Assembly: GCA_021648405.1 (NCBI GenBank)
Contig: JAKISX010000002.1
Coordinates: 3,925 to 67,924, forward strand
Direction of reading: 5' to 3'
Source of the DNA: Sulfurimonas sp.
Lineage (GTDB): Bacteria; Campylobacterota; Campylobacteria; Campylobacterales; Sulfurimonadaceae
DNA length: 64,000 nucleotides
Shown: piece by piece, positions 30,501 to 42,078 of the stretch
Numbering within the stretch: position 1 is the stretch's first letter
Layout of the letters: each line of letters opens with the position of its first letter
Position numbers and translations under genes: made by a program
Notes under the pieces: model-generated
Told to the model about the DNA's origin: nothing
The model's database searches: none
What the model saw: the letters and a program-made list of their open reading frames with translations, nothing else

Positions 30501-31228
30501 TTTATAGTCTACAACGGGGTCAGGCCCAACCTCATGTCTATAAAAATGATTTAGAAAAAATAAAAATCCCATTACTTTCAAAAGATGTTCGAGAGAAAAT
30601 TGTAACTAAAATTGAAGTATTGGAAAATAAAAATCTAAAACAACTTCAAGAAATTAAACATCTAAAAAAAAGTATAGAAAAAATGTATATAGATATTATT
30701 TCTACAACCAGCACTACAGTAAGATTAAGTGATACTGATATTTTTAGTATTTTAATAGGAAAAAGAGTGTTAAAAAGAGATGTACAAATAAAAGGAGAAA
30801 TTCCTATATATAGTGCAAATGTTTTTAAGTCTTTTGGTTATATAGACAAACACTTATTAAGCAAATATGATACTCCATCAATCTTATGGGGAATAGATGG
30901 AGATTGGATGGTGAATTGTTTGTCAAAAGAAAGCCCATTCTACCCAACTGACCACTGTGGAGTATTAAGAGTTAAAAATAATGAAATTGATGAACGCCTT
31001 TTAGCATATATTGTAGAACAAGAAGGCAAAAATTTAGAATTTTCTAGGACTAAAAGAGCTTCTATAGATAGAATTAAGGGTATTAAAATCCCTTTACCAT
31101 CTATAGAAAAACAAAAAGAGGTAGCTCCAAAAATAAAATTAATAGAAAAAAAGATACGAAAATTAGAACAAGAGTTAGCTAATATCTCAAAACAAAAAGA
31201 AGATATATTTGGTAAATATTTAAAATGA
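27521..31228 (+). CDS. Single-chain restriction-modification enzyme (nuclease + m6A methyltransferase + two TRDs; type IIG/IIB-like)
   Basis: GRLDILV..MIECKT nuclease motif, [15 protein letters not shown] (motif I), NPPY (motif IV), two HsdS-like TRD-CR units ([25 protein letters not shown]). Confidence 0.9.
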   Translation: MMIMNSNQNDLIVKLQFTPKENTTKIYQKKYSNHDDYIIEIDLDKNSINFGNSIFFNDSKNSVQKITKAEDLVVLECVDRLLIKGYNPKNIILEKIYPSGHGTSGRLDILVTRDNNSAYLMIECKTWDKEFDKAFVKLNKDGGQLFTYFQQDKNAEVLVLYASELINDEIKYTNQIIKIEEEYKTTSNVKDFFDRWNKVPKNNGIFDSWTTPYNYKSKALTPKELVEITAEDSSKIFNRFMEILRHNVVSDKPNAFSKIFTLFLCKIIDEKDTKQNKELRFQWLEGIDTHISFQKRLTDLYKKGMKQFLDKEVTDFSDDEFEEKFGDLDNSLKEKLLEKFTEIRLQKNNEFAIKDVFDQETFEENAIVVKEVVELLQNYQIRYTKKQQFLSDFFELLLTTGLKQEVGQFFTPVPVARFIIRSIPFDKIIKEKLMIGEERELLPNVIDYAVGSGHFITEAMDEIQKNINTIDTKDFINDVVNEVEAWKIKHFSWAYNYVYGIEKDYRLVKTAKVGCYLHGDGLAKVIHGDGLSNFTNTKEFKGKLIKKDKNYPQDNKQFDMVISNPPYSVSAFKNISKKFNKDDFELYEKLTDQSSEIEALFIERTKQLLKDGGIAGIILPSSILSNGGIYTKTREILFKYFDIISITELSSNTFMATKTSTVVLFLRRKNNMEYKNIQSSVGKLFDIKKDITINKIENPLLRYIEYVWEDINIDDYFSLLDNNPNKKIKTHEIYKEYDKKIGTLEKIIELEKEKLFYFIMVYSQRIVVVKTKKGIAKTKEEKKRETQEEKQFLGYEFSSRRGSEGIHPIQRGKTIDECTSLYDETSHTNDLKANSYIYSAFNGELKEIDESLKDNISYVDLVDMMTFDRVDFDKNISLSVKKKIKYENIWGINNLIELNVIADVEKGTSITQEKTIEGKIPVIAGGQTPAYYHNESNRVENIITVSASGAYSGYVNYFDTPIFASDCNTVKSKNENRISTKLIFIFLKYLQPYIYSLQRGQAQPHVYKNDLEKIKIPLLSKDVREKIVTKIEVLENKNLKQLQEIKHLKKSIEKMYIDIISTTSTTVRLSDTDIFSILIGKRVLKRDVQIKGEIPIYSANVFKSFGYIDKHLLSKYDTPSILWGIDGDWMVNCLSKESPFYPTDHCGVLRVKNNEIDERLLAYIVEQEGKNLEFSRTKRASIDRIKGIKIPLPSIEKQKEVAPKIKLIEKKIRKLEQELANISKQKEDIFGKYLK
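30161..30170 (+). repeat. A10 homopolymer at the methyltransferase/specificity junction
   Basis: GTT AAAAAAAAAA TAAAG. Confidence 0.75.
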
Positions 31229-32205
31229 TACTAAGTATAGAAAGCTCATGTGATGATAGTGCTATCGCAATTACAGATATAAAAACAAAAAAACTTCTTT
31301 TCCATAAAAAAATAAGCCAAGAGTTAGAACATTGCGTATATGGTGGAGTTGTTCCAGAACTCGCTGCAAGACTTCATGCAGAGGCGCTACCTAAAATTTT
31401 ACAAGAGTGTAAGCCTTATTTTAAAGATTTAAAAGCTGTAGCTGTTACATCAACTCCAGGCTTAGCTGTAACACTGGTAGAGGGTGTGACTATGGCAAAG
31501 GCAATCTCTATAGCTCTTAATATTCCTCTTATTGGAGTAAATCATCTCATCGGGCATATATATTCTTTATTTATAGAAAAAGAAGTTTTGTTTCCCCTAA
31601 CTGTGCTTTTGGTTTCAGGTGGACACACGCAAGTTATGGAAGTAAAATCCTTAATAGAGATAGATACTGTTGCTAAAAGTATGGATGATAGTTTTGGTGA
31701 AAGTTTTGATAAAGTTGCTAAGATGATGGGGCTTGGTTATCCTGGTGGACCAGTTATAGAGGAGTTGGCAAAAAATGGGGATAGAAAAAAATATAATTTT
31801 ACGATTCCACTTTCTCAAAGCCCGCTAATAGCTTTTAGTTATTCAGGCCTTAAAAATGCCGTTCGTTTAGCAATTGAAAAAGCAGAAGATAAAAGCAAAT
31901 ATAAAGATATAGCTGCATCATTTGAGCATATTGCAACTGCGCACTTAGTTCAGAAGCTAAAAAAGTATTTTAAAATAACTAAACCAAAAACTTTTGCGAT
32001 AGTTGGTGGAGCTAGTGCAAATCTTTACCTACGCGCACAAATAGAGGAACTTTTAAAACCTCATAATGCCCAATTATTACTTAGTGAGTTAAAATATTGT
32101 TCAGATAACGCTGCAATGATAGGTAGAGTAGCTATCGAGATGTATGAAAAAAAGATGTTTTGTGATTTAGATACTTTAGTAAGCTCACCTAAAAGCTCAC
32201 TTTAA
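31225..32205 (+). CDS. tsaD: tRNA N6-adenosine threonylcarbamoyltransferase
   Basis: [48 protein letters not shown]. Confidence 0.96.
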   Translation: MILSIESSCDDSAIAITDIKTKKLLFHKKISQELEHCVYGGVVPELAARLHAEALPKILQECKPYFKDLKAVAVTSTPGLAVTLVEGVTMAKAISIALNIPLIGVNHLIGHIYSLFIEKEVLFPLTVLLVSGGHTQVMEVKSLIEIDTVAKSMDDSFGESFDKVAKMMGLGYPGGPVIEELAKNGDRKKYNFTIPLSQSPLIAFSYSGLKNAVRLAIEKAEDKSKYKDIAASFEHIATAHLVQKLKKYFKITKPKTFAIVGGASANLYLRAQIEELLKPHNAQLLLSELKYCSDNAAMIGRVAIEMYEKKMFCDLDTLVSSPKSSL

Positions 32206-32339
32206 TCTCAGAGGTATTCTTAACTAAATCTTAATTCAAAATGCAAATTAATCTAAATAAGAGTAATTTTATCCGATTTAGAATATAATTCCACCAACAA
32301 ACATAAAGACGTGTAAAATAAAAAAAATAAGGAGCCAAA

Positions 32340-32855
32340 ATGGCAACTGTAACTTTCAAAAATGATACTGTGTGTAACTTAGCAGGTAACGAAATAAATG
32401 TAGGTGATGTAGCACCAGTAACAACAGTAGTAAACTGTGATCCAATGCTTCAAAATGAGCAAATTGGTGGAACTGGTAAAGTTCAACTAGTAGTAGCAGT
32501 ACCATCTTTAGATACAGGTGTATGTGACGCTGAAACAAGAAGATTTAACACTGAAGCAGCAGCTTTAAAAGGTGTTGAGGTTATTACTGTTTCTATGGAT
32601 TTACCTTTTGCAGCAGCTAGATGGTGTGGTGCAGCTGGAATTGAAAACCTAAAAGTTTGTTCTGACTTCAGAAACAAAGATTTCGCAAATAATTATGGTG
32701 TTCTTTTAGCTGATGGTCCATTAGCTGGTATTACCGCTAGAGTTATTTTTGTTATTGGTAAAGATGGAAAAGTAACTTACAAGCAAGTTGTTCCAGAAAT
32801 TACAACTGAGCCTAACTATGAAGAAGCTATCGCTGCTGCAAAAGCAGCTTTATAA
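32340..32855 (+). CDS. tpx: Thiol peroxidase (atypical 2-Cys peroxiredoxin)
   Basis: PSLDTGVC, SMDLPFAAARWC, EPNYE. Confidence 0.95.
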   Translation: MATVTFKNDTVCNLAGNEINVGDVAPVTTVVNCDPMLQNEQIGGTGKVQLVVAVPSLDTGVCDAETRRFNTEAAALKGVEVITVSMDLPFAAARWCGAAGIENLKVCSDFRNKDFANNYGVLLADGPLAGITARVIFVIGKDGKVTYKQVVPEITTEPNYEEAIAAAKAAL

Positions 32856-32902
32856 GCCAAACTTATTAACTACAAGATCTTATCCTCCTTTTTAAGATTT
32901 CA

Positions 32903-32929
32903 AAAATTTAGGGCTTGACCCTAAATTTT
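32903..32929. terminator. Perfect hairpin after tpx, likely intrinsic terminator
   Basis: AAAATTTAGGG-CTTGA-CCCTAAATTTT; same CTTGA loop as the REP-like family. Confidence 0.7.
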
Positions 32930-32994
32930 ATATTTAAGAATACTTCCCCTACCAATCTGCTATAATTTATAAAATAATTTTAATTGGAGAAAAC

Positions 32995-33762
32995 ATGAAT
33001 ATAAACTATCCCCTAAGAAAAAAATTACTAACTATATTGGTATGTGGGTTAATGTTTGGAACAACAGCTAATGCAGATATAGCAAGAGCGGAGATGGGTA
33101 TTGGTACTTGGATGCAAACACCATCAGGGACTATATCTTATACTGATGGTGCAATTACTGGCTTAGATACTTCAGATGAAAATAATGAAATGCAACTATA
33201 TGCATGGTTACTTATAAAACATCCCGTTCCTATAATACCAAATTTAAGATTAGAATATGTAGAGACACTAAACAAAGGTACTGCTACTGGTACATTTGGC
33301 TCATATACATTTCCAGCATCTTCAACAACAGAATTAAGTATGTCACAAATTGATATCATTGCATATTATAATATTTTGGATAATACGGGCTGGGTTACAC
33401 TTGATTTAGGTTTAGATATTAAAATAATAGATATCTCATATGAAACTGGCAATACGGATTTAGTATCAAAACTTCCTACTGATATCTCTTCAATAGTAAT
33501 ACCATTGGGATATATAAGAGCAAGAGCGCAAATTCCAGCGACAGATTTTGCTGTGGAAGCTGACCTTAAATATATCACATATTCTACAACTACAGTTTAT
33601 GATGCTAGAATAAAAGTTGATTATACATTAGATATATCCCCAGTTGTTCAACCAGCAATAGAGATAGGATACAGAATGCAAAAATTTAAACTTGATGAAG
33701 ATGAATTAATTATAAATACTGATTATAGCGGTGTTTATTTAGGTATGATGTTACGCTTTTAA
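32995..33762 (+). CDS. Outer-membrane beta-barrel protein (TIGR04219-like)
   Basis: Signal peptide, KHPVPIIPNLRLEY, YYNILDN, terminal LRF. Confidence 0.8.
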   Translation: MNINYPLRKKLLTILVCGLMFGTTANADIARAEMGIGTWMQTPSGTISYTDGAITGLDTSDENNEMQLYAWLLIKHPVPIIPNLRLEYVETLNKGTATGTFGSYTFPASSTTELSMSQIDIIAYYNILDNTGWVTLDLGLDIKIIDISYETGNTDLVSKLPTDISSIVIPLGYIRARAQIPATDFAVEADLKYITYSTTTVYDARIKVDYTLDISPVVQPAIEIGYRMQKFKLDEDELIINTDYSGVYLGMMLRF

Positions 33763-34908
33763 ATTTTTTAGCTGTTTCTCATAAATAGTTTGTAAGATTT
33801 TAGAATAATCTTCAGGTTGCTTGATATTTTCTAATAAGATATCTTTGGCGTGTGCTATTGGTTTTATAAATGCAACTAGTTTCATAACCTCTTTTGGCAT
33901 ATCTAACGCATTTAAAAAAGCTGTCAATTCCTCTATGGAGATATCTTTTGTAATTTTGTATAGTAATTTAGTATTTTTATGTTGTAAATACTTTGCTACA
34001 TGATGAAATGATTTGATATGTCTTATAAGTTTTCGCTTATTGGTTAGTTTATCTACAAATTTATCTATATTTTCATCATTTAGTTCATAACAAAGTAATG
34101 ATAATATAATTGTTATATTTGTTTTATCATCTTCTAGTTTATTTGTGCAAAACTTATCTATAGAATTTAATGTATTTTGCCATAATTTATCATCCATTTT
34201 AAGTTCATAAAAAAAAGTTAAAGCTCCTATTTTTTTTAAGAATTTTAATCCAATAGATGGTTTTTTAGATTTTAAAAATAATTTTTTAAATTCCTCATAT
34301 ATTCGCGGTTGAGAGAGTTCATCTAGCATATTTTGCTCAACCATCTTTTTACATGTAACAATTAAATTTTTATCGCATTTAAACTCAAACCTTGCGCAAA
34401 AACCCATCGCTCTTAATATTCTTAAAGGGTCTTCTGCAAAAGTTTTTGAATTGATTATTTTTAAAGTTTTATTTTTTATGTCATCTATACCATTAAAAGG
34501 ATCAAGCATTTTTGCGGAGCTTACATCAAATCCAATAGCATTCATTGTAAAATCTCGTCTTGAAGCTGCTGTTTTAAAATCTAAATCTGGATTTAGTGTT
34601 ATTTCAAACCCCTTATGCCCATCTGATACTTTATTATCAAGGCGAGGAAGCGAAAAATCTATCTCATATTTTTTTAAACTAAGTTTTAAAACTCCAAATT
34701 TATTTCCAATTATATTTGTTTTTCCAAACTCTTGTAATATTGTTTGCAACTTAGCATATGAACCAATATTGTAAACTTCTATGTCAATATCTTTTGATTG
34801 TATTTGTAAGAAAAAATCCCTAACATAGCCACCAACAAAAATTGGTTTTATAGCAAGACCATTTAGCTTATCAAATATAGTATTTAATTCATTTGGATAT
34901 TCAAACAT
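33751..34908 (-). CDS. cca: CCA-adding tRNA nucleotidyltransferase (class II)
   Basis: VGGYVRD, DIDIE, RRDFTMNA, EDPLRILR. Confidence 0.85.
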   Translation of the reverse strand: MFEYPNELNTIFDKLNGLAIKPIFVGGYVRDFFLQIQSKDIDIEVYNIGSYAKLQTILQEFGKTNIIGNKFGVLKLSLKKYEIDFSLPRLDNKVSDGHKGFEITLNPDLDFKTAASRRDFTMNAIGFDVSSAKMLDPFNGIDDIKNKTLKIINSKTFAEDPLRILRAMGFCARFEFKCDKNLIVTCKKMVEQNMLDELSQPRIYEEFKKLFLKSKKPSIGLKFLKKIGALTFFYELKMDDKLWQNTLNSIDKFCTNKLEDDKTNITIILSLLCYELNDENIDKFVDKLTNKRKLIRHIKSFHHVAKYLQHKNTKLLYKITKDISIEELTAFLNALDMPKEVMKLVAFIKPIAHAKDILLENIKQPEDYSKILQTIYEKQLKNLKA

Positions 34909-35086
34909 TTATACACTTTTAATTTGGTTTTATAGTTTGTTCACACTTAATATAGATTTATTATATTATATCATGACTTTAACTAAGATATAATTTTTAT
35001 TTGGCTATAATTCGCGAAAAATAACTGAAGTACTCTTAATAAAATGAAACTTTCTTCAGTAAAATTTTCCCAATAAGGAAACTCTT

Positions 35087-36889
35087 ATGCAAAAGATTAG
35101 AAATATTGCCGTTATTGCACACGTTGACCACGGTAAAACTACATTAGTAGATGGATTATTAGAGCAGTCAGGTACATTTGGCGCTCATGAGAAACATGAT
35201 GAAAGAGCAATGGACTCTAACGATTTAGAAAAAGAGCGTGGAATTACGATTCTTTCTAAAAATACAGCTATTCGCTATAATGGTTATAAGATTAACATTA
35301 TAGATACTCCTGGTCACGCTGACTTCGGTGGTGAAGTTGAACGAGTACTTAAGATGGTTGATGGTGTTTTAGTCCTTGTTGATGCTTATGAAGGTGTTAT
35401 GCCTCAAACTAAGTTTGTTGTTAAGAAGATGTTAGCTTTAGGTAAAAAACCAATTGTTGTAATCAACAAAATCGACAAAGATTCTGCTGATCCCGAACGC
35501 GTAGTTGATGAAATGTTTGACCTGTTTGCAGATATGGGTGCAACTGATGATCAACAAGATTTCCCAATTATCTATGCAGCTGCTCGTAACGGTATAGCTA
35601 AGTTAGATATGGACGATGAAGATGGTGATTTCACTTGTATTTTTGAAGCAATTATAAATGATGTGCCAGAGCCTGATGGTTCTGCTGATAATCATCTTCA
35701 AGCTCAAGTTTTTACACTTGATTATGACAACTATGTTGGTAAAATCGGAATAAGCCGTATCTTTAATGGTACTGTAAATAAAGGTGATAACATCATGCTT
35801 GCAAAAGCTGATGGCGAGATGGTTAAAGGTAAAATCTCTAAACTAATTGGTTTTCATGGTCTTAACCGTATGGAGATAGAACAAGCTGAAGCTGGTGATA
35901 TTGTTGCGTTTGCAGGGATGGAAACTGTTGATGTTGGTGATACTATTACTGATCCTATTCATCCTGTTGCACTTGATCCTATGCATATTGAAGAGCCAAC
36001 ATTAACTGTTGTATTTGCAGTAAATGATTCTCCACTTGCTGGTCAAGAGGGTAAGCATGTAACTTCAAATAAACTTCGTGAGCGTCTTGAATCTGAGATG
36101 GTAACAAATGTTGCTATGAAACTAGAGACTGTTGGTGAGGGTAAATTTAAAGTTTCAGGTCGTGGTGAGCTACAGATTACAATTTTAGCTGAAAATATGC
36201 GTCGTGAAGATCATGAATTTTCTATATCTCGTCCAGAAGTTATTATTAAAGAGATAGAGGGTGTTAAGTGTGAGCCATTTGAGCATTTAGTTATTGATGT
36301 CCCTGAAGATTTAAGCGGCACTGTTATTGAGCGTCTTGGTAAAAGAAAAGCTGAGATGAAATCAATGTTACCAATGGGGCAAGGTTTTCAAAGAATAGAG
36401 TTTGAAATTCCAGCTCGTGCATTAATTGGTTTTCGTGGTCAATTTTTAACAGATACTAAAGGTGAGGGTGTTATGAATCACTCATTTTTAGAATTTCGTC
36501 CATTTAGTGGGGTTGTTGAATCTAGAAGTTATGGTGCGCTTGTATCTATGACTGCTGGTTCTACACTTGCATTTTCATTATTTAGTATCCAAGACCGTGG
36601 TGTTCTTTTTATCGGTGTTCAAACTGGTGTTTATGAGGGTATGATTATTGGTGAGCACTCTCGCTCAAACGATTTGGTTGTTAATCCCATCAAAGGTAAA
36701 GCACAATCAAATGTTCGTTCATCTGGAGCTGATGAAGCTATTAAGCTTGTTCCATTTAGAAACATGTCACTAGAGCGTGCTTTAGAGTGGATTGAAGATG
36801 ATGAGCTTCTTGAAGTTACTCCTAAATCTATCCGTATTCGTAAAAAATTCTTGAGCGAAAACGAAAGAAAAAGAAACTCTAGAAAATAA
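35087..36889 (+). CDS. typA: Translational GTPase TypA/BipA
   Basis: [47 protein letters not shown]. Confidence 0.97.
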   Translation: MQKIRNIAVIAHVDHGKTTLVDGLLEQSGTFGAHEKHDERAMDSNDLEKERGITILSKNTAIRYNGYKINIIDTPGHADFGGEVERVLKMVDGVLVLVDAYEGVMPQTKFVVKKMLALGKKPIVVINKIDKDSADPERVVDEMFDLFADMGATDDQQDFPIIYAAARNGIAKLDMDDEDGDFTCIFEAIINDVPEPDGSADNHLQAQVFTLDYDNYVGKIGISRIFNGTVNKGDNIMLAKADGEMVKGKISKLIGFHGLNRMEIEQAEAGDIVAFAGMETVDVGDTITDPIHPVALDPMHIEEPTLTVVFAVNDSPLAGQEGKHVTSNKLRERLESEMVTNVAMKLETVGEGKFKVSGRGELQITILAENMRREDHEFSISRPEVIIKEIEGVKCEPFEHLVIDVPEDLSGTVIERLGKRKAEMKSMLPMGQGFQRIEFEIPARALIGFRGQFLTDTKGEGVMNHSFLEFRPFSGVVESRSYGALVSMTAGSTLAFSLFSIQDRGVLFIGVQTGVYEGMIIGEHSRSNDLVVNPIKGKAQSNVRSSGADEAIKLVPFRNMSLERALEWIEDDELLEVTPKSIRIRKKFLSENERKRNSRK

Positions 36890-36906
36890 TAAATTGTTTA
36901 AAGAGT

Positions 36907-37692
36907 TCAATTAGCGATATTTAAAATTTTTATCTCACATTCAAGTTCGATATTAAATTTAGAAAAAACTCTTTTTTTAGCTTCATCTATTAAATAGATG
37001 GCATCATTAAAAGTTCCATTTCCATGATTAACTAAGAAGTTAGCATGTTTTTTGCTAAACTCCATATCTCCAATTCTTTGACCTTTTAGTCCAACTTCTT
37101 CTATTAGCCTACCAGCATAATCATTTTTTGGATTTTTAAAACAACTCCCAGCACTAGCTGTTGATGGTTGGTTTGAGCGCATCTTTTTAAACATTAAAAC
37201 CTTGCCTTCATCAAAGCCACGCTCTAGCTTAAATGTTGCTTCTAAAATTGGTGAAGAGATATTTGTAAACCTATATCCGTAATCTATCTCATTTTTATTT
37301 TTTAGACCCTCACATGTAAGAATAGATATAAGATTATTAAATATTTCATACTCTTTAAGTCCCCCGTTCATAAAAACCAATCCACCTAATGTCCCTGGCA
37401 GGTGAGAGAAAAATTCAAAATTTGCAATATTATTTTTTTTACAAAATGAGGCAATCTTTCCAGAGGGTGTAGCTGAGCCTATTTTTAGTAAATTATTTTG
37501 CATCTTTATATAATCAAATTTTTTTGATAGCTTCATAAGAGGTGGTGGATTTGGACCTATTAGGATGTTATTGCATGAACCAATTAAAAAAGCTTTTGGG
37601 TTAATATCATCACATGTTTCTAAAATTTTAACATCAATTTCTCCACCTATCTTAATAGATGAAAATTTACAAAAGTCAATTTTTTTTGTCAT
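36907..37692 (-). CDS. murB: UDP-N-acetylenolpyruvoylglucosamine reductase
   Basis: PGTLGG..MNGG, SAGSCFKNP, KHANFLVN, LECEI. Confidence 0.93.
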   Translation of the reverse strand: MTKKIDFCKFSSIKIGGEIDVKILETCDDINPKAFLIGSCNNILIGPNPPPLMKLSKKFDYIKMQNNLLKIGSATPSGKIASFCKKNNIANFEFFSHLPGTLGGLVFMNGGLKEYEIFNNLISILTCEGLKNKNEIDYGYRFTNISSPILEATFKLERGFDEGKVLMFKKMRSNQPSTASAGSCFKNPKNDYAGRLIEEVGLKGQRIGDMEFSKKHANFLVNHGNGTFNDAIYLIDEAKKRVFSKFNIELECEIKILNIAN

Positions 37693-37955
37693 TCTACAAA
37701 TGTTGGAATCATATTAAATACATTTACAGAAAAATCTGTCATTGCATTTAACATCCATGGCATCGTTAAAATAATTACAATAACAACACCAATAATTTTA
37801 GGGATAAAAGAAAGCGTCATCTCATTGATTTGTGTAGTAGCTTGAAAGATTGAAACAGCAAGACCTAAAAACATACCAGTTAAAAGTCCAGGCAGGGCAA
37901 GCATTAGTGCTATTTTAAATGTTTCTATTCCAAGTGCTACTAGTTTTGCTTCCAT
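37689..37955 (-). CDS. fliQ: Flagellar export protein FliQ
   Basis: SIFQATTQINEMTLSFIPK. Confidence 0.96.
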   Translation of the reverse strand: MEAKLVALGIETFKIALMLALPGLLTGMFLGLAVSIFQATTQINEMTLSFIPKIIGVVIVIILTMPWMLNAMTDFSVNVFNMIPTFVE

Positions 37956-38818
37956 TATCCTTTTCTTAACTCCTCATACTCAATGGGTATCATATAATCT
38001 TTTACATTTATAGGTAAATCATAAAATCCATTTTTATACCCAAGCTCAAAAAGTTTATCTATAGCCTTATATTGAAGTTCGCTCAACTCTATGGATTCGT
38101 CATTCGCATAAAGTTCCAAATATTTATCTAAAGTTGAAGCATCTATGCGAACAAGATTTCTTTCAATTAGCATTTGAGATAGTTTTTCTTTATGTTTTCT
38201 TGCTATATCAACAGCTTTTGTTAGAGTTTTTTCATATTCAATTGCTTTATTTATTGGAATTGAGCGACTTATTGCCATCCCACCTAAAGGTAATGGCAAA
38301 CCTTTACCCGCTAGTTCTTGCCAAATATCCCACATCTCGATTTCAACTTCAAGTTTTTCATCATAAGTTAAAATAGATTCATGTATCAACACACCAGCAT
38401 CTACAACACCGTCTAAAACTGCTTGTTCTATTTCGAGAAAATTCATGTAGGTTACTCTGGCTTTTGGATACTTTATACGAAACAACATTGCATTTGTAGT
38501 GTGTTTACCACTTAGAGCTACTTTAAAATTAGGCTTTAAAAAAGCTCCTTTTTTCTTAATAACTTTAGGACCATAACCTTCACCAAAGCTTACAGCTGTA
38601 CGAAGTGGAGCATAGTCATCTCTTATGTGAGGGTAAAGCGCAAAACTTATAGCAACTATCTCATACTCGCCTCTTAAAGCTTTTTCATTTAATGTTTGAA
38701 TATCTAGCGCGATATTATCAAACTTAATGTTTTTCATATCTACCCAGCCAAATTTAATAGCATAGTACATAAAAATATCATCAGCGTCAGGAGAGTGTGC
38801 AATTAGTGTTTTTTTCAT
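37955..38818 (-). CDS. mqnD: Futalosine-pathway menaquinone biosynthesis protein (1,4-dihydroxy-6-naphthoate synthase)
   Basis: HSPDADDIFM, DIQTLN, GYGP, AGVLIHE, LPLPLGG. Confidence 0.88.
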   Translation of the reverse strand: MKKTLIAHSPDADDIFMYYAIKFGWVDMKNIKFDNIALDIQTLNEKALRGEYEIVAISFALYPHIRDDYAPLRTAVSFGEGYGPKVIKKKGAFLKPNFKVALSGKHTTNAMLFRIKYPKARVTYMNFLEIEQAVLDGVVDAGVLIHESILTYDEKLEVEIEMWDIWQELAGKGLPLPLGGMAISRSIPINKAIEYEKTLTKAVDIARKHKEKLSQMLIERNLVRIDASTLDKYLELYANDESIELSELQYKAIDKLFELGYKNGFYDLPINVKDYMIPIEYEELRKG

Positions 38819-38871
38819 AAGGCTATTTTAACTAAATAAGGATAAAATCCAACTCAAATAAGAAATTTTTA

Positions 38872-38900
38872 ATAAAAATATGTCAATTTGCAATATTTTT
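38872..38900 (+). promoter_or_regulatory. Degenerate copy of the palindromic operator upstream of recA
   Basis: ATAAAAATATGTCAATTTGCAATATTTTT, 24/29 identical to 27442-27470; TATAAT at 38923. Confidence 0.65.
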
Positions 38901-38956
38901 TATTAAAAAAATTATTTTTATATATAATTAGATAAATTAAACATTTGGAGCATATA

Positions 38957-39994
38957 ATGGACGCAAATAAACAAAAATCATTAGACTTAGCAATGAAGCA
39001 AATAGATAAAGCATTTGGTAAGGGTGCATTGATGCGTCTTGGTGATAAAAATATTGAACCAATTAAATCAATTAGCACAGGCTCTATAGGGCTTGATTTA
39101 GCACTTGGAATTGGTGGTGTCCCACAAGGTAGAGTTGTTGAAATTTATGGACCAGAGAGTTCAGGTAAAACGACTCTAGCACTTCAAATAACAGCAGAAT
39201 GTCAAAAAAATGACGGCGTTTGTGCATTTATAGATGCGGAGCATGCGCTTGATGTTGTATATGCTAAAAATCTTGGTGTAGATGTTGAAAATCTTTTGGT
39301 CTCTCAACCTGACTATGGTGAACAAGCTTTAGATATAGTTGAAACAATCGCAAGAAGCGGGGCTATTGATTTAATTGTTATAGATTCGGTTGCAGCACTT
39401 ACTCCAAAAGTTGAGCTAGAGGGCGAAATGACGGATCAGCAGGTTGGTGTTCAAGCTCGTTTAATGTCTAAAGCTCTTCGTAAATTAACTGGAGTATTAA
39501 GCAAAATGAATTGTACAGTTATTTTTATCAATCAGCTTCGCATGAAAATAGGTATGATGGGTTATGGTTCACCTGAAACAACAACGGGTGGAAATGCACT
39601 TAAATTTTATGCATCTATTCGTATAGATGTTAGAAGAATTGCCTCTCTTAAGCAGGGTGAAAGTCAAATTGGTAACCGTGTAAAAGCAAAAGTCATTAAA
39701 AACAAAGTCGCACCACCATTTCGTCAGGCAGAGTTTGACATTATGTTTGGCGAGGGGATATCTAAAGAGGGCGAGCTTGTTGATTATGGCGTTAAGCTAG
39801 ACATTATAGATAAATCAGGAGCATGGTTCTCTTATGAAGATAAAAAACTTGGTCAAGGTCGTGAAAATGTCAAACAAATGTTTAAAGATGAACCAGAACT
39901 AGCAAATGAGATAGAAGAAAAAATAAAAGTAGCTATGGGAATAAGTAGTGTTATGGTTATGGACACTTCAGAAATAAACGATGCGGATACCTAA
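38957..39994 (+). CDS. recA: Recombinase A
   Basis: [43 protein letters not shown] 38957 follows GGAG. Confidence 0.98.
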   Translation: MDANKQKSLDLAMKQIDKAFGKGALMRLGDKNIEPIKSISTGSIGLDLALGIGGVPQGRVVEIYGPESSGKTTLALQITAECQKNDGVCAFIDAEHALDVVYAKNLGVDVENLLVSQPDYGEQALDIVETIARSGAIDLIVIDSVAALTPKVELEGEMTDQQVGVQARLMSKALRKLTGVLSKMNCTVIFINQLRMKIGMMGYGSPETTTGGNALKFYASIRIDVRRIASLKQGESQIGNRVKAKVIKNKVAPPFRQAEFDIMFGEGISKEGELVDYGVKLDIIDKSGAWFSYEDKKLGQGRENVKQMFKDEPELANEIEEKIKVAMGISSVMVMDTSEINDADT

Positions 39995-40009
39995 TCCAAA
40001 AGAGTGCAA

Positions 40010-41389
40010 TTAAAAAGTTATACTAAAAGTAGAACCTTCATTTTCTGTACTTTTAATTTTTAATTTAAAGTGATGAAGTTCTATTATATTATTTGCTAAA
40101 AATAAACCAAGACCTAAGGAATTATTCCAAGTATTACCACTAATTCGATAAAATTTTTCTAAAATTTTGGTTATATTTTCTTTTTTAATCCCTATCCCTG
40201 TATCAATTATATCTATAGAATTTTTTTCTAATTTAACAATAACTTCATCTTCAGAATATTTAAAAGCATTTTCAATGAGATTTGTAAGGACTATACTAAA
40301 CAATGCTTCATCAGCCTTTATCTCAAGATCTTTTAAACCGATAACTTTGATCTCTTTATATTTATATGTAAGCTTTAGGTTTTCTATTATTTCGTTTGTT
40401 AATTTATATAAATTAATATTACTAAGAGTGAGTTTTTGATGAGAACTATCAAGCTTGGTAGATAATCTTAATGTATCAATAAGTTCATTTAATTTGTTAC
40501 CATTTTTATATATTTTTTTCAAAAATTTATTTTGAATATTTTTATTTAGATTTTCATCATCTAAAAGAGTCTGGGTATATCCACTTATAACAGCAATAGG
40601 ATTTTTAAATTCATGTGAAATTGCAGATATGATATCGTCTTTTTGGTTGTTTGATGACTTTAGTTTTGAAGCATATTTATCTTTTTGCTTATCTTGTTTA
40701 ATTAATATTTTTGAGACTTTTGTAAGCAATTTGGTTATAAGAGAAAACTCTTCTGAAAAATTAGAGCTTATATAGTTGTCTTTTTTCTTTTTTGTTAAAG
40801 CTTTTAAAAATAGTACAATTCTTTTGGTCTCTTGTTGAATTTGTAAGTTTATTTTATATGCAATTATAAAAATAGAGATAAAAAATATTGTAACTATACC
40901 AAACACTTGAAATCCAAGAGTAATAATTTGAGTAGTTACACTTTTTAATTCTTTAGCAAGTCTTATATATAAAATTTCCCCATTTATAGTATATTTTTTT
41001 GCTACATATAAAAGATTTAGTTTTATAGTTTTAGAAGTTCGTATATTAAACCCAAAATCTTCATTTTTTGCTTGAATAATTTCATCTCTATATTTGTGGT
41101 TATCCATAGTAGACTTATCTTTATGAGATTCTGCAATTATCCTGCCATTTTCTGAAATCACTGTTAATCTAGTATTGAGTTTATCTTTTATGTTATCTGC
41201 TAAATTATCAAAATTTGTTTGATTATTTATACTAAGTGCTATTATTTGAATATTTTCTTGTAATGCTGTTTTTGCATTTGTTATATAAAGATTTTTAACC
41301 CAAAAATAAATTATAATACCAACTACTAAAAATAAAATTATAAAAAGTGTTAAAAATTTTCTAAAAATAATTTGATGAAATTTTAACAA
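40010..41389 (-). CDS. Sensor histidine kinase (PhoR/PhosS-like)
   Basis: Two TMs, SHEFKNP H-box, NLIENAFKYS, DTGIGI, GLGL; downstream of pst/phoU. Confidence 0.88.
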   Translation of the reverse strand: MLKFHQIIFRKFLTLFIILFLVVGIIIYFWVKNLYITNAKTALQENIQIIALSINNQTNFDNLADNIKDKLNTRLTVISENGRIIAESHKDKSTMDNHKYRDEIIQAKNEDFGFNIRTSKTIKLNLLYVAKKYTINGEILYIRLAKELKSVTTQIITLGFQVFGIVTIFFISIFIIAYKINLQIQQETKRIVLFLKALTKKKKDNYISSNFSEEFSLITKLLTKVSKILIKQDKQKDKYASKLKSSNNQKDDIISAISHEFKNPIAVISGYTQTLLDDENLNKNIQNKFLKKIYKNGNKLNELIDTLRLSTKLDSSHQKLTLSNINLYKLTNEIIENLKLTYKYKEIKVIGLKDLEIKADEALFSIVLTNLIENAFKYSEDEVIVKLEKNSIDIIDTGIGIKKENITKILEKFYRISGNTWNNSLGLGLFLANNIIELHHFKLKIKSTENEGSTFSITF

Positions 41390-42051
41390 AGAATATAACC
41401 TTCACCACGAATAGCTTGAATATAGTTTTTGCTTCCATCTGGGTCAATTCGCTCTTTTAATCTTTTTATAGCTACATTTACAGTTTTTGCTTGTTTATTA
41501 AGATTGTCATCCCAAACTTTTTCAAGCAATATTTCGCGAGAAAGAAGAATGTTCTCATTTTTCATAAATTCTAGAAGTAAATCATGTTCTAAATGCGTTA
41601 GTTTTACCTCAATTGAATTTATATAAAAAACTTTATTTGAAGAGTTATAAGTAATATCTTTAAATTTCATAATATCTAAAGTTTTAGAAGTTCTTTTTAT
41701 GAGGGCTTTTACTCTTGCTTTTAACTCATCAATATTAAAAGGTTTTGTTATATAGTCATCACCTCCATGCTCAAATCCCTCTAAAATATTTTCACTTGAA
41801 TCTTTAGCGCTAACATATATTACAGGGTGATTGTATCCAAGAGTTCGGATACTTCGGATAAATTTTGTTCCCTCAATAGAAGGAAGATTTCTATCCATTA
41901 GAATTAAAGATACATTATCTTCATCTAAAATATCTTTTACATTTGTTGTATCTATGCAGGTGATGACATCATACCCCTCTTTTGATAGGGTATATTCCAT
42001 TAAATCTAAAATATCTTCTTCATCTTCTACTATAAGGATTGTTTCATTCAT
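41383..42051 (-). CDS. OmpR-family response regulator (PhoB/PhosR-like)
   Basis: VEDE, LMDRNLP, GGDDYITKPF, IRGEGY. Confidence 0.9.
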   Translation of the reverse strand: MNETILIVEDEEDILDLMEYTLSKEGYDVITCIDTTNVKDILDEDNVSLILMDRNLPSIEGTKFIRSIRTLGYNHPVIYVSAKDSSENILEGFEHGGDDYITKPFNIDELKARVKALIKRTSKTLDIMKFKDITYNSSNKVFYINSIEVKLTHLEHDLLLEFMKNENILLSREILLEKVWDDNLNKQAKTVNVAIKRLKERIDPDGSKNYIQAIRGEGYILC

Positions 42052-42078
42052 AAAGTTATCCTACTTTATTATTAAGAT

